DNA from: an uncultured Gammaproteobacteria bacterium
GTDB taxonomy: Bacteria; Patescibacteriota; Microgenomatia; UBA8517
DNA length: 64,000 bases
Reading direction: 5' to 3'
Assembly (NCBI GenBank): GCA_964617045.1
Contig: CAZTVZ010000002.1
Coordinates: forward strand, 76,095 to 140,094
In this document: positions 40,575-49,575 of the stretch, one piece after another
Layout: each line of letters opens with the position of its first letter
Numbering within the stretch: the stretch's first letter is position 1
Program-made: the position numbers and the translations under genes
Notes under the pieces: model-generated
Database searches by the model: none
Told to the model about the DNA's origin: nothing
The model's input: the letters and a program-made list of their open reading frames with translations, nothing else

Positions 40575-41287
40575 TGCTATCAAATACTCAACATGTTAAA
40601 AATTTGAAAATATCAAAAGGAGATCGGATTCTTGATGTCGGTGGTAGCATGAAACAACATACGGATATTCAGATAGATACTCTTGTCGATATTATTCGTC
40701 CAGAAGAATCAAAATATAATAGATCAAAATTGCATGCGAAGCATTTTGTGAAATGCGATTTTGTTAAAGAAAAACTTCCTTTTAAAGATAAAGAATTTGA
40801 TGTTTGTCTTTGTACACATGTTCTTGAAGACTTGTACGACCCGTTCCCTTTGATTAATGAGATGTCACGTGTTGCAAAAAGAGGATATATCGCAACCCCT
40901 TCAATGGGAAAAGATATTGAATTTACAAAAATAAATTTTTCTGATTGGAAAACCGGAGCAAGAAGATTGCCCGGAGTATCACATCACAAGTGGTTGTTTT
41001 ATATGAAGGATGGAAAGATGGTTGTGTTGCCCAAAAATTATCCGTTACTTTATTCATCAGACTTCCATGTTTCCAAATGGTTGGGAGAGGAGGAGTTTAG
41101 ATATTTTTGGAAAGGAAAAATTGAATATGTCGAAAAAACAGATATTGATTTCAAAAAATTAATTAATGAGTATCGAATTTGGTTTAGAAACAATAAAAAA
41201 TATATCAAGAAATCTCCTGTGTTGTTGTATTTGGATAATCCTTTCAATATCGTAAAAGAATATTTGAAACTTCTAATCAAAAAATAA
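40571..41287 (+). CDS. Class I SAM-dependent methyltransferase
   Basis: ILDVGG, LPFKDKEFDV.LCTHVLED, EMSRVAKRGYI.TPS motifs. Confidence 0.85.
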   Translation: MMLSNTQHVKNLKISKGDRILDVGGSMKQHTDIQIDTLVDIIRPEESKYNRSKLHAKHFVKCDFVKEKLPFKDKEFDVCLCTHVLEDLYDPFPLINEMSRVAKRGYIATPSMGKDIEFTKINFSDWKTGARRLPGVSHHKWLFYMKDGKMVVLPKNYPLLYSSDFHVSKWLGEEEFRYFWKGKIEYVEKTDIDFKKLINEYRIWFRNNKKYIKKSPVLLYLDNPFNIVKEYLKLLIKK

Positions 41288-41306
41288 ATTCGATTAATTA
41301 TCGAAT
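41288..41306. repeat. Perfect inverted repeat ATTCGAT-N5-ATCGAAT (possible operator or hairpin)
   Basis: 41288-41294 is the reverse complement of 41300-41306. It lies just upstream of an extended -10 box. Confidence 0.5.
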
Positions 41307-41308
41307 AA

Positions 41309-41317
41309 TGATAAAAT
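41309..41317 (+). promoter_or_regulatory. Putative extended -10 box (TGaTAAAAT), leaderless-type
   Basis: Ends 7 nt before GTG 41325. Confidence 0.5.
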
Positions 41318-41324
41318 TCAGATA

Positions 41325-42602
41325 GTGAAAAAATATTTAAGTCGAGCATATTCTCTTGCAACTTCGGGTACCGCAAAAGATACATATATTTTGTTTATCG
41401 GTAATATATTTGCTGCTTTTTTGGGTTTTGTTACTACCTTGGTGTTGGCAAGATCTTTGAGCATTTCCGATTTTGGAGTATATTCAGCAGCAACAAATTT
41501 GATAGTAATTATTAGCTCCCTTACTGACTTGGGAATATCAAGTGGTTTGGTAAGCTTTGCGTCAGCTGCTTTTTCATCTGGAGAAACGAAAAAGGCATAT
41601 GAATATTCTAAGGCTGCTTTTTTAATAAAAATATTTGCAACAATTCCTCTCGTTCTTTTTACAATAATTTTCGCCCAATTCGTATCGAATAATTGGTTGG
41701 CAACAACAGATCCGATGGTGTCAGTATGGGTCGGTGTCGTATCCCTTGTTGCTGTAATTTGGGGATTTATTCCATATATCCTTCAATCTAAAAAATTATT
41801 CCTGAAAGGAGTAATAATCGATATTTCTTTGAGTTTACCAAAAGCAGTAATTCCATACCTCTTGATGATTTTTGGACTTCTTACCGTCAATACTTCTATG
41901 GCTGCATTTGCTGTTAGTGCAGCAATTGCGGGTATGGTTAGTTTTGCTTTTGTCGGTTTCGGATTTTTAAAATCAAAACCGTCAAAAGAGACATATGTAG
42001 AACTGGCAAAATTTTCCAGTTGGATCGGGATAAACCGAATAATATCTTCAATATCGGGGAAACTTGATGTTCAGATGCTTGCTGCAATGGCCGGTGCTAC
42101 ACTTACAGGTTTGTATTCTATCCCAATGAGATTATCTTCTATCATTATTGTATTCGCGTCCAGTTTTTCTGCGGTTTTGGCTCCTCGCTTTGCTTCTTTT
42201 GGGGACAAAATAAAAGAAAAAAGGTATTTAATCAAAGCTTCTTTGGTGATTATTCCCATTATTTTTGGAATTCTTCTTGTTACGTACTATGCAAAACCGT
42301 TTGTGCTAATTCTTTTTGGTGATAAATACCTTGAAAGTGTTCCCGTGTTCCAAGCATTATGTCTCGTTTTAATCCCTTATATTATTTCCGTACCTCCTGT
42401 TGCAGCAATTATTTATTCTATGAAGAAAACAAAATATATTGGCCTCTTTTCTTTTTATCAAATTGCCGCAATTTTCTTAATTAATTATTTCCTGATTCCA
42501 ATCTATGGCGCCTTTGCCCCGGCGATTTCTTTTGGTGTTGTGTATCTTAGCTTGGCAATTTACTCTTGGATAATCGTGTTTAAACACTACTGGATAAAAT
42601 GA
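41325..42602 (+). CDS. wzx: Second Wzx-type oligosaccharide flippase
   Basis: LARSL...DFGVY, DLGI, D..ML......GLY....RL, LAPRF, ILFGDKYLESVP motifs and about 12 TMs. Confidence 0.85.
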   Translation: MKKYLSRAYSLATSGTAKDTYILFIGNIFAAFLGFVTTLVLARSLSISDFGVYSAATNLIVIISSLTDLGISSGLVSFASAAFSSGETKKAYEYSKAAFLIKIFATIPLVLFTIIFAQFVSNNWLATTDPMVSVWVGVVSLVAVIWGFIPYILQSKKLFLKGVIIDISLSLPKAVIPYLLMIFGLLTVNTSMAAFAVSAAIAGMVSFAFVGFGFLKSKPSKETYVELAKFSSWIGINRIISSISGKLDVQMLAAMAGATLTGLYSIPMRLSSIIIVFASSFSAVLAPRFASFGDKIKEKRYLIKASLVIIPIIFGILLVTYYAKPFVLILFGDKYLESVPVFQALCLVLIPYIISVPPVAAIIYSMKKTKYIGLFSFYQIAAIFLINYFLIPIYGAFAPAISFGVVYLSLAIYSWIIVFKHYWIK

Positions 42603-43525
42603 GCAAAATTAGGATAACTGCCCACATGATGGTTAAAAATGAGGCTCGTTTTGTATGGTATTCAATCATGTCCGTGTTGGATTATGTGGATAGAATAAGA
42701 ATTTGGGATACAGGGAGTAATGACGGAACAGTTGAAATAATTGAATCGTTGATAAAAGAATACAAGGGTAACACTCAAATTATCTTCAAGAAAGTTCAAG
42801 AAAAAGAATTTGACGAAGGAAGATATCGAGAAGCAATGCTTCTTGAATGTTGTGACCCAAATACAACCGAAAATGATATTGGGACATTTTCAGTTATGAG
42901 ACAGCAAATGCTCAATGAAACCATATATGACTGGATTATTATGGTGGACGGGGATGAAGTTTGGTGGAAAGATTCGATTAAGGAACTGACAGACACAATA
43001 AGGGAAAAGGGTAGGGAGTATGAATCCATAGTTGTACCCACGGTCAATCTTGTCGGAGACATATACCATTATCAAGAAGAAAAAGCTGGGAAATATAAAT
43101 TTTTTGGTAAAACCGGACATTACAATTTGCGAGCGTTCAGTAGAGATATTCCTGGCTTACATTCTTCCACTAAACCCCATGGAATATGGGGATGGGAAGA
43201 TAAAGATTGTGTAATGATTCAAGATAGGGATCCCAAGAACATCTTGTTTCTAAATACTCCATATATGCACGCAACACACCTTCAAAGATCCGGAAATATT
43301 GTTTTAGAAAAAGGAGTCTATAAAAGAGCAAAAAAATTAAAACACGAAATTGGTTTTTCTTTTCCAAAAGACTATTTCTATCCAGAATCCTTTTTTTACT
43401 TGAGACCGGATATCGTTAGTAGCCCATGGATTAAAATGGGGTTGTTGTTCAAAATTCGTTCATATCTTGAAACACCATTCAGAATGTTAAAAAGAAGATT
43501 GTTCAAGAGTAAAGTTGGTTATTAA
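42599..43525 (+). CDS. GT2 glycosyltransferase
   Basis: MMVKNE, WDTGSNDGT, MVDGDE motifs. Confidence 0.85.
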   Translation: MSKIRITAHMMVKNEARFVWYSIMSVLDYVDRIRIWDTGSNDGTVEIIESLIKEYKGNTQIIFKKVQEKEFDEGRYREAMLLECCDPNTTENDIGTFSVMRQQMLNETIYDWIIMVDGDEVWWKDSIKELTDTIREKGREYESIVVPTVNLVGDIYHYQEEKAGKYKFFGKTGHYNLRAFSRDIPGLHSSTKPHGIWGWEDKDCVMIQDRDPKNILFLNTPYMHATHLQRSGNIVLEKGVYKRAKKLKHEIGFSFPKDYFYPESFFYLRPDIVSSPWIKMGLLFKIRSYLETPFRMLKRRLFKSKVGY

Positions 43526-43526
43526 C

Positions 43527-45110
43527 GTGATTAACTCCTTTAATAAAGTAAGAAACAAAAAATACTATTCGATAGCACACGAAGGAAGCGATGACACGAG
43601 TCATCCCGCCATGAAGCTTTTGAAAAACATTGCTGGTGAAGTAGATAAGGTTTTAGATTTGGGGTGTGGAGAGGGAACAAGATTGAATCATGTAATCCCG
43701 AACGGGAAAATTGGCTACGGAATAGATATTAGTAGTATTGCCATAGATGCAGCAAAAAAGAAATATCCACACCATTTCCAAGTAGGAAATCTGGAAAAAC
43801 TGCCTTATAAAGATAGCTTTTTTGATTTGGTATATTCTGCGTATGTTTTTGAGCATCTCGATAATCCGGAAAAAGTAATAAAAGAAGGCCTGAGAGTGTT
43901 AAAAAAAGGTGGTTACTTTCTTGTTGTTTGTCCTAATTACGGTTCTCCAAACAGAGCCTCACCTCCATTTTTGGGAAATAGGATTAGTAAATTAATCAAA
44001 GGATATTACGATGACATATTTCACCCCAAGAACTTGGATTGGAAAAAAGTAAATCCGATTGCAACTGAAAGCCAATACGAAATTGATTGGGATACGACAA
44101 TTGAACCCTATCTAGGATCGCTTGTAAGATATCTGTCTAACAAAGGATTAAAGATTGTGTATTCCAGTTCCTGCTGGGAAAGAGAAGAAAGAAAAGTCAA
44201 ATATCTTCAAAGGGTAATTAGACTACTTGGGGAAAGAAACATTTACCCCTTCAATAAATGGGGCCCTCATTTATTGATTGTTGCCAAGAAGGGGGGGGGA
44301 GATTGCGAGCTTTGCGGAAACGATTCATATAATCAACTGTTCAAAAAAGATAGATATGAAATATTACAATGCAAAAAATGTAAATTGGTTAAAACAAGCG
44401 GAGTATCCGAAATTGATTATTCCGATTACCACAGAGACAGCGATTATGAAAAATTCAACGAACATTTTCGAAATATATTCCAGAATATATATTCATTGGT
44501 ATCCAGGTATGTTTCCAGACCCGCGAAAATTCTCGAAATAGGATGCTCGACGGGAACCTTGTTATCTTTGTTTAAAGAAAATGGATGGGAAGTGTGGGGT
44601 ATTGAACCGTCAAAGAGTTTTTGGAACGCCCAGGAAAAAGGAATAAAAGTATTGGGAGTAAGCTTGTTGGAAGCAAAGCTGGAAGAAGCCAGTTTTGATT
44701 TGGTTGTTATTAATCACACATTGGAGCACATGTCCAAGCCGCTGGATAATCTGAAAAAAGTATACAAACTTCTTAAGAAAGGAGGAAAGATATATATTGG
44801 TGTTCCTAATTTTGACAGCCTGGACTCAAGGTTGTGGAAAAGTAAATGGAAGATGCTTTTACCCGAGGAGCATAATTTTCAATACACACCGCAAACTTTA
44901 AAAAAAGTATTGGAAAAAGTCGGTTTTAAGATAGTTGAAACGAGAACCAACGAAGGAATCTGGTCTTTAAACAGTCCCTTGAAAGGATTAGTTGACGAAA
45001 TTAAAAACAGAAAAAGGGCGTTTTTGATAGATTTAATTAGTTCACCTTTTGCTCTATTTTCGACCATTGTTAACAAAGGATCCAATTTGATAGTAATTGC
45101 CGAGAAATAA
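43527..45110 (+). CDS. Fused tandem class I SAM methyltransferases (second domain with a CxxC...CxxC Zn ribbon)
   Basis: Domain 1 has VLDLGCGEG...YVFEHL...HLLIVAKK. Domain 2 has CELC...CKKC, ILEIGCSTG, HTLEHM, VPN...NLIVIAEK. GTG 43527 is the likely start. Confidence 0.85.
   Translation: MINSFNKVRNKKYYSIAHEGSDDTSHPAMKLLKNIAGEVDKVLDLGCGEGTRLNHVIPNGKIGYGIDISSIAIDAAKKKYPHHFQVGNLEKLPYKDSFFDLVYSAYVFEHLDNPEKVIKEGLRVLKKGGYFLVVCPNYGSPNRASPPFLGNRISKLIKGYYDDIFHPKNLDWKKVNPIATESQYEIDWDTTIEPYLGSLVRYLSNKGLKIVYSSSCWEREERKVKYLQRVIRLLGERNIYPFNKWGPHLLIVAKKGGGDCELCGNDSYNQLFKKDRYEILQCKKCKLVKTSGVSEIDYSDYHRDSDYEKFNEHFRNIFQNIYSLVSRYVSRPAKILEIGCSTGTLLSLFKENGWEVWGIEPSKSFWNAQEKGIKVLGVSLLEAKLEEASFDLVVINHTLEHMSKPLDNLKKVYKLLKKGGKIYIGVPNFDSLDSRLWKSKWKMLLPEEHNFQYTPQTLKKVLEKVGFKIVETRTNEGIWSLNSPLKGLVDEIKNRKRAFLIDLISSPFALFSTIVNKGSNLIVIAEK
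44291..44299 (+). repeat. G9 homopolymer tract in the interdomain linker
   Basis: aagaaGGGGGGGGGagat encodes K-K-G-G-G-D. It is the longest G/C run I saw in the window. Confidence 0.85.
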
Positions 45111-45129
45111 TTTTGTTATTTCTCTTTAA

Positions 45130-46482
45130 ATGCTTCAAAATACATATATGGTAAAGAAAAATTATTTGTTACCGATTATTCTTGGGGGACATCTTCTAAT
45201 TTTAATTCTTACCAGTTTCACAGCTTGGCCGGAGATGCTTGCTTGGCCATATCTGATAATGAAAGGATGGTTGCCCTATAAAGATATTGCTATTGCACAT
45301 ACACCTTTCCTTCTGTTTGACTTATCGCTTGTGTATAAAGTATTCGGTGCTGGACCGATGCAAATTCAAATATATTCCTGGATTATTACTCTTCTTACCG
45401 ATTTGGTTATTTATTTTGTCGTAAGCAGGCTCCACAACAAGAAAGTTGCTTTATGGACACTGTTACTTTTTGTCCCTTTAAACATTTTTTACGAAGGGAA
45501 CGGATTGTGGTTTGATCATTTACTGGGACCCCTGGTTATTCTTTCCTACTATTTTATTAAAAAAGAAAAATATCTTACAGCAGGACTTATGTGGGGGTTG
45601 GCGTTTATGACCAAACAAACGGCCATATGGTTTCTCCCCGGAGTAATATATCTATTTTGGGGAAAAGATTTACTGTTCAAATTAAAGGAATATGCATGTG
45701 GTTTCTTGATTCCGATAACAATTACATTTGTTGTTTTCCAGCTGTTGGGAATACTTCCAAACTTTTTGTATTGGGCTTTTCAGTTTGGTGTTTACACCCT
45801 CCCCAGGGCAATGGGTCAAATTGATTACCCCTCAATAAGACAAATAATTGTTTCTCTTGCTCCAATCGCAATTATGATTCCGGTCTTGATAGCGGAAAAA
45901 AGAAAATATTTTGCCTTGATTCTTTTGGGTGTATTGGGAATAATGGGAGCCAATCCAAGATGGGAATTATTTCATTTCCAACCGGGCCTTCCTTTTATTG
46001 CCATAATTGGGGGTCTTGTTCTTTCCGGAGAAATAAAACTGAAAGGTTATCTAAGGGGTTTCTTTCTGTTGTTTGCGATAGGAATTATTGTTTTGTCTTT
46101 TAGATCAATAAGAACATCTTTTATGAAAGAAGATAGATTTTTGGAAAGTGCAGTAATAAGTACTGCCAACAAAATTAACGAAGCGACAAAACCAGGCGAT
46201 AAGATATTTGTTCTAAATTCTTGGGACAGTTTATATGCACTTTCCGACAGAATGCCTTCAGTCAGACCTCTTATTCCACAACTAGAGTGGTACTATACCG
46301 ACAAAATTGATGGTTATGTTTCGGCTAAGCTGCTGGATAATTTACCCGATATTGTTGTGATGCAACCATATACTAAAACAGGGTTGTCATCATTCGTGCC
46401 GGAAAAGGTAACTGACGTGATTTTTAAATATTATTCAACCGATTCTGTCATTGAGAATAAATTCTGGATATTAAAACCTTAA
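45130..46482 (+). CDS. GT-C-like polytopic membrane glycosyltransferase
   Basis: WPEML, LPYKDI...HTP, TKQT motif, many TMs and a C-terminal 'TKPGDKIFV' domain. ATG 45148 is an alternative start. Confidence 0.7.
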   Translation: MLQNTYMVKKNYLLPIILGGHLLILILTSFTAWPEMLAWPYLIMKGWLPYKDIAIAHTPFLLFDLSLVYKVFGAGPMQIQIYSWIITLLTDLVIYFVVSRLHNKKVALWTLLLFVPLNIFYEGNGLWFDHLLGPLVILSYYFIKKEKYLTAGLMWGLAFMTKQTAIWFLPGVIYLFWGKDLLFKLKEYACGFLIPITITFVVFQLLGILPNFLYWAFQFGVYTLPRAMGQIDYPSIRQIIVSLAPIAIMIPVLIAEKRKYFALILLGVLGIMGANPRWELFHFQPGLPFIAIIGGLVLSGEIKLKGYLRGFFLLFAIGIIVLSFRSIRTSFMKEDRFLESAVISTANKINEATKPGDKIFVLNSWDSLYALSDRMPSVRPLIPQLEWYYTDKIDGYVSAKLLDNLPDIVVMQPYTKTGLSSFVPEKVTDVIFKYYSTDSVIENKFWILKP

Positions 46483-46485
46483 CAA

Positions 46486-47502
46486 ATGAAAATAGCCATA
46501 TTAAATATTTACCAAAATTCGGTGTACAGGGGAGCGGAGACATATGTTGATCAGTTGGCAAAAAGATTAAGCAAGAAACATGAGGTTCATTTAATAGTTG
46601 GAAATAATAAGGTGCAAGAAAGGTGGCCTCTGTTGTGGAGAGTGTATCTTGATCCTCAAAGTATAACAATCGCAAAATTCACCCTGAAAAATATTGGTAA
46701 AATTTGGAAAGAAAAATACGATGTTGTTATCCCGACAAACGGAGGATGGCAACCGGCATTTATTAGATTGGTTACCTGGTTATATGGCGGAAAAATGATT
46801 ATCTCTGGTCAATCGGGAATGGGTTGGGATGACAGAAACAATCTATGGTCTTTTCCCGATGTGTTTATTGCCCTTTCAAATAAAGCAAAAAAATGGGCAA
46901 AAAATGTTAATCCATTTGTAAAAGTGGAAAAGATTCCCAACGGAGTTGATACAAAAGTATTCAAACCCACAGGAAGAAAATATATAACCGATTTGCCGAA
47001 ACCAATTGTTCTTTGTGTTGGTGCATTAACAAAAACAAAAAGAATAGATTTAACCATTAAAGCAGTTGCCGGACTCAAGAAAGGGAGCTTGTTAATTGCA
47101 GCCGGAGGAGGGGATATGAAAGAAGAATATTCCAAACTCGCCAAAGATTTATTGGGAGATAGATGCAATATAATAAAAGTTCCCCACAATGAAATGCCAA
47201 AAGTATATAGGGCTTGTGATGTTTTCTCTCTTGCTTCCGAGCCTTATTATTCTTTTGAAATTGTATTAACGGAAGCAATGGCGACCGGATTGCCCGTTGT
47301 TGCCAACAGAGACGACATCAGAAGGGAAATTGTCGGGGACTCGGGTGTATTGGTAAATCCAACAAATATTAAAGCGTACAGCTTAGCTTTGGAAACAGCA
47401 ATGAAATTAAAATGGGGTAAAAAACCCATTCGACAAGCGAAAAAATTCGACTGGGATATAGTTGCAGAAAAATATGAAAAAATCCTTGCGAATCTTTCTT
47501 AA
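46486..47502 (+). CDS. GT4 glycosyltransferase
   Basis: RGAE, IPNGVD, VG...K.KR, SFEIVLTEAMATG, FDWD motifs. Confidence 0.9.
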   Translation: MKIAILNIYQNSVYRGAETYVDQLAKRLSKKHEVHLIVGNNKVQERWPLLWRVYLDPQSITIAKFTLKNIGKIWKEKYDVVIPTNGGWQPAFIRLVTWLYGGKMIISGQSGMGWDDRNNLWSFPDVFIALSNKAKKWAKNVNPFVKVEKIPNGVDTKVFKPTGRKYITDLPKPIVLCVGALTKTKRIDLTIKAVAGLKKGSLLIAAGGGDMKEEYSKLAKDLLGDRCNIIKVPHNEMPKVYRACDVFSLASEPYYSFEIVLTEAMATGLPVVANRDDIRREIVGDSGVLVNPTNIKAYSLALETAMKLKWGKKPIRQAKKFDWDIVAEKYEKILANLS

Positions 47503-48739
47503 GAAATATCAAATTGAGTTAGTGTTTTTCCTTTTGTTAGTTATTGCTGTTGTTGTACGTTTTTATAATTATGAGAGTAGAATTGTTTTTGATTCAGAGC
47601 AAGCACGCTCACTAATCGTTTCCGGCAATTATGTTAAAGATAAGTTCTCACTTCTTGGACAAGAATATTTTAGATCCACTTCTTCGGGCCATAAACTATT
47701 TTCCGGAGCAATTTTTAGTTATCTTTTATTACCGATTCAATTATTGGCAAATTATGATGCATATAAAATTACACAATTCTTTACATTATTAAATTTATTT
47801 TCCGGAATTATTCTTTTCATCGTTGCTTCAAAATTGTGGGGTAAAAAGGTTGGTTTGATGTCGGGAACTTTATTCCTATTCAGCGATATGATGATTAAGC
47901 ACTCTTTGTTTATATGGATTCTAAACTGGGTTCCGCTTTTGGGAGTCCTTGCAATTTATGCTTTGCATTACTTCAATAAGAATAAAAAGATTGCCAGCGT
48001 GCTATCTTTGGGGTTAATCCTCGGAATGGGAATTAATTTTCATTACCCAATCCTGTTCTTTGCAGGTTTAGTCGGGATTTATATTTTATTTAAATCCAGA
48101 AACAGATTAATTTCGGCAATTATTTATGTTCTGGGTTTAGTTGTTGGAAACTTGCCAACCTTATTATTTGATTTGAGGCACGATTGGTACCATATCAGAA
48201 CGTTAATCCAGTACATACTCGATGCGTTTAACGGAAACGGACAAAACTTTTCTTATTATTACCTATTTTTAATTTGGCCAGCACTGTGTGTGTTTGTATC
48301 ATTACTCTTTATTAGAGTTTTGAAGAAAAACATATTGTTGGTGTTTGCAATCGTAATTTATGTTGTTCTAAATCTAAACTCGAAATGGGTTAATTTTTCT
48401 TCAGCAAAAGAAATGCCGCCAGGTCTTGTGTACAAAGATATTATTACTGCGTCCGAAATAATTGCGAAAGATAAACCCGAAAGATTTAATGTTTCAACAT
48501 TGTTCGGTTTTGATGCGAGGGGATACATTTTAAGATATCCACTTGAGTTTAATTATGGATATACTCCTTCTGGTGTCGAAGAGTATAAAGAGCTGGATTC
48601 GTTATATGTCATGGCATTAGGGGATGGTGATATAAAAAACCCCTCGAGATATGAACTTAAAACGTATCTGCCATATAATTATGAATTACTGGGAGAAGTA
48701 AATTCTAAATATCAGATATACAAATTAACAAAGAAATGA
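47474..48739 (+). CDS. GT-C membrane glycosyltransferase (ArnT-like), paralog of 4941..6458
   Basis: VRFYN....FDSEQAR, NFHYP, P.LLFDLRH motifs and multiple TMs. Confidence 0.7.
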   Translation: MKKSLRIFLKKYQIELVFFLLLVIAVVVRFYNYESRIVFDSEQARSLIVSGNYVKDKFSLLGQEYFRSTSSGHKLFSGAIFSYLLLPIQLLANYDAYKITQFFTLLNLFSGIILFIVASKLWGKKVGLMSGTLFLFSDMMIKHSLFIWILNWVPLLGVLAIYALHYFNKNKKIASVLSLGLILGMGINFHYPILFFAGLVGIYILFKSRNRLISAIIYVLGLVVGNLPTLLFDLRHDWYHIRTLIQYILDAFNGNGQNFSYYYLFLIWPALCVFVSLLFIRVLKKNILLVFAIVIYVVLNLNSKWVNFSSAKEMPPGLVYKDIITASEIIAKDKPERFNVSTLFGFDARGYILRYPLEFNYGYTPSGVEEYKELDSLYVMALGDGDIKNPSRYELKTYLPYNYELLGEVNSKYQIYKLTKK

Positions 48740-49575
48740 AAATATCAGTAATTATTCCGGTATACAACGAGGAGAAGGTGATACTAAGTTGCCTGAACTC
48801 TCTTGAACAACAAACACACAAGGATTTTGAAGTGATCCTTGTCGATGACGGATCATCTGACAAGACTGGGGAGATGGTTAATCTTTTTAAAACTGAACGG
48901 TTTGAACTTACTTTACTTCAGCAAAATCATCTTGGTCCGGGTGCTGCCAGGAACTTGGCTTCTAAAAAAGCAAAAGGAAACATTTTGGTGTTTGTAGATG
49001 CTGATATGACCTTCGATATTCACTTTTTGGAAAACCTTATTAAACCAATTGTCCTTGGAAAAGAAAAAGGAACATTTTCCAAAGAAGAATATGTTTCAAA
49101 CTGGATTAATATATGGTCAAGGTGTTGGAATATTAACGAGGGATGGGAAAAAGAAAGAAGACACCCAAAAAATTATCCGAATAGACAAAAAGTATTCAGG
49201 GCAATTCTCAAAGAAGAATTTGAAAGAGTTGGAGGGTTTACACCTGGAGGATACAACGATGATTGGAGTCTTTCCGAAAAGTTGGGTTATGATGCGGGAG
49301 AGGCAGTTGGTGCAACTTTCTATCATGCAAACCCATCTAGCTTGAAAGAAGTATTTTTTCACGCCAAGTGGGTGGGGAAGAGGCAGTATAAACTGGGGAT
49401 AATTGGAAAACTGATTGCTCTGGTCAGAGTGTCACTGCCGGTATCAATAATTATTGGAGTACTCAAATCAATTATTTATGTGACTCCCCCTTTTATAATA
49501 TTCAAATTATTGTACGACGCAGGTGTGTTTATCGGGATTGTGGAATCTGTGGCAACAAATAAATTAGCCAAGTAA
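48736..49575 (+). CDS. GT2 glycosyltransferase with C-terminal hydrophobic segment
   Basis: ISVIIPVYNEE, VDDGSSD, ARN, FVDAD, GGF motifs. Confidence 0.9.
   Translation: MKISVIIPVYNEEKVILSCLNSLEQQTHKDFEVILVDDGSSDKTGEMVNLFKTERFELTLLQQNHLGPGAARNLASKKAKGNILVFVDADMTFDIHFLENLIKPIVLGKEKGTFSKEEYVSNWINIWSRCWNINEGWEKERRHPKNYPNRQKVFRAILKEEFERVGGFTPGGYNDDWSLSEKLGYDAGEAVGATFYHANPSSLKEVFFHAKWVGKRQYKLGIIGKLIALVRVSLPVSIIIGVLKSIIYVTPPFIIFKLLYDAGVFIGIVESVATNKLAK

Noticed and set aside
44278-44541. 87-aa alternate-frame ORF spanning the G9 tract
   Set aside because: No domain features. It is only the frame that would be entered after a one-base G deletion.
45111-45147. Leaderless promoter before 45130/45148 and before 63503
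   Set aside because: No TAnnnT hexamer at 5-8 nt spacing, so these gaps were counted as exceptions.
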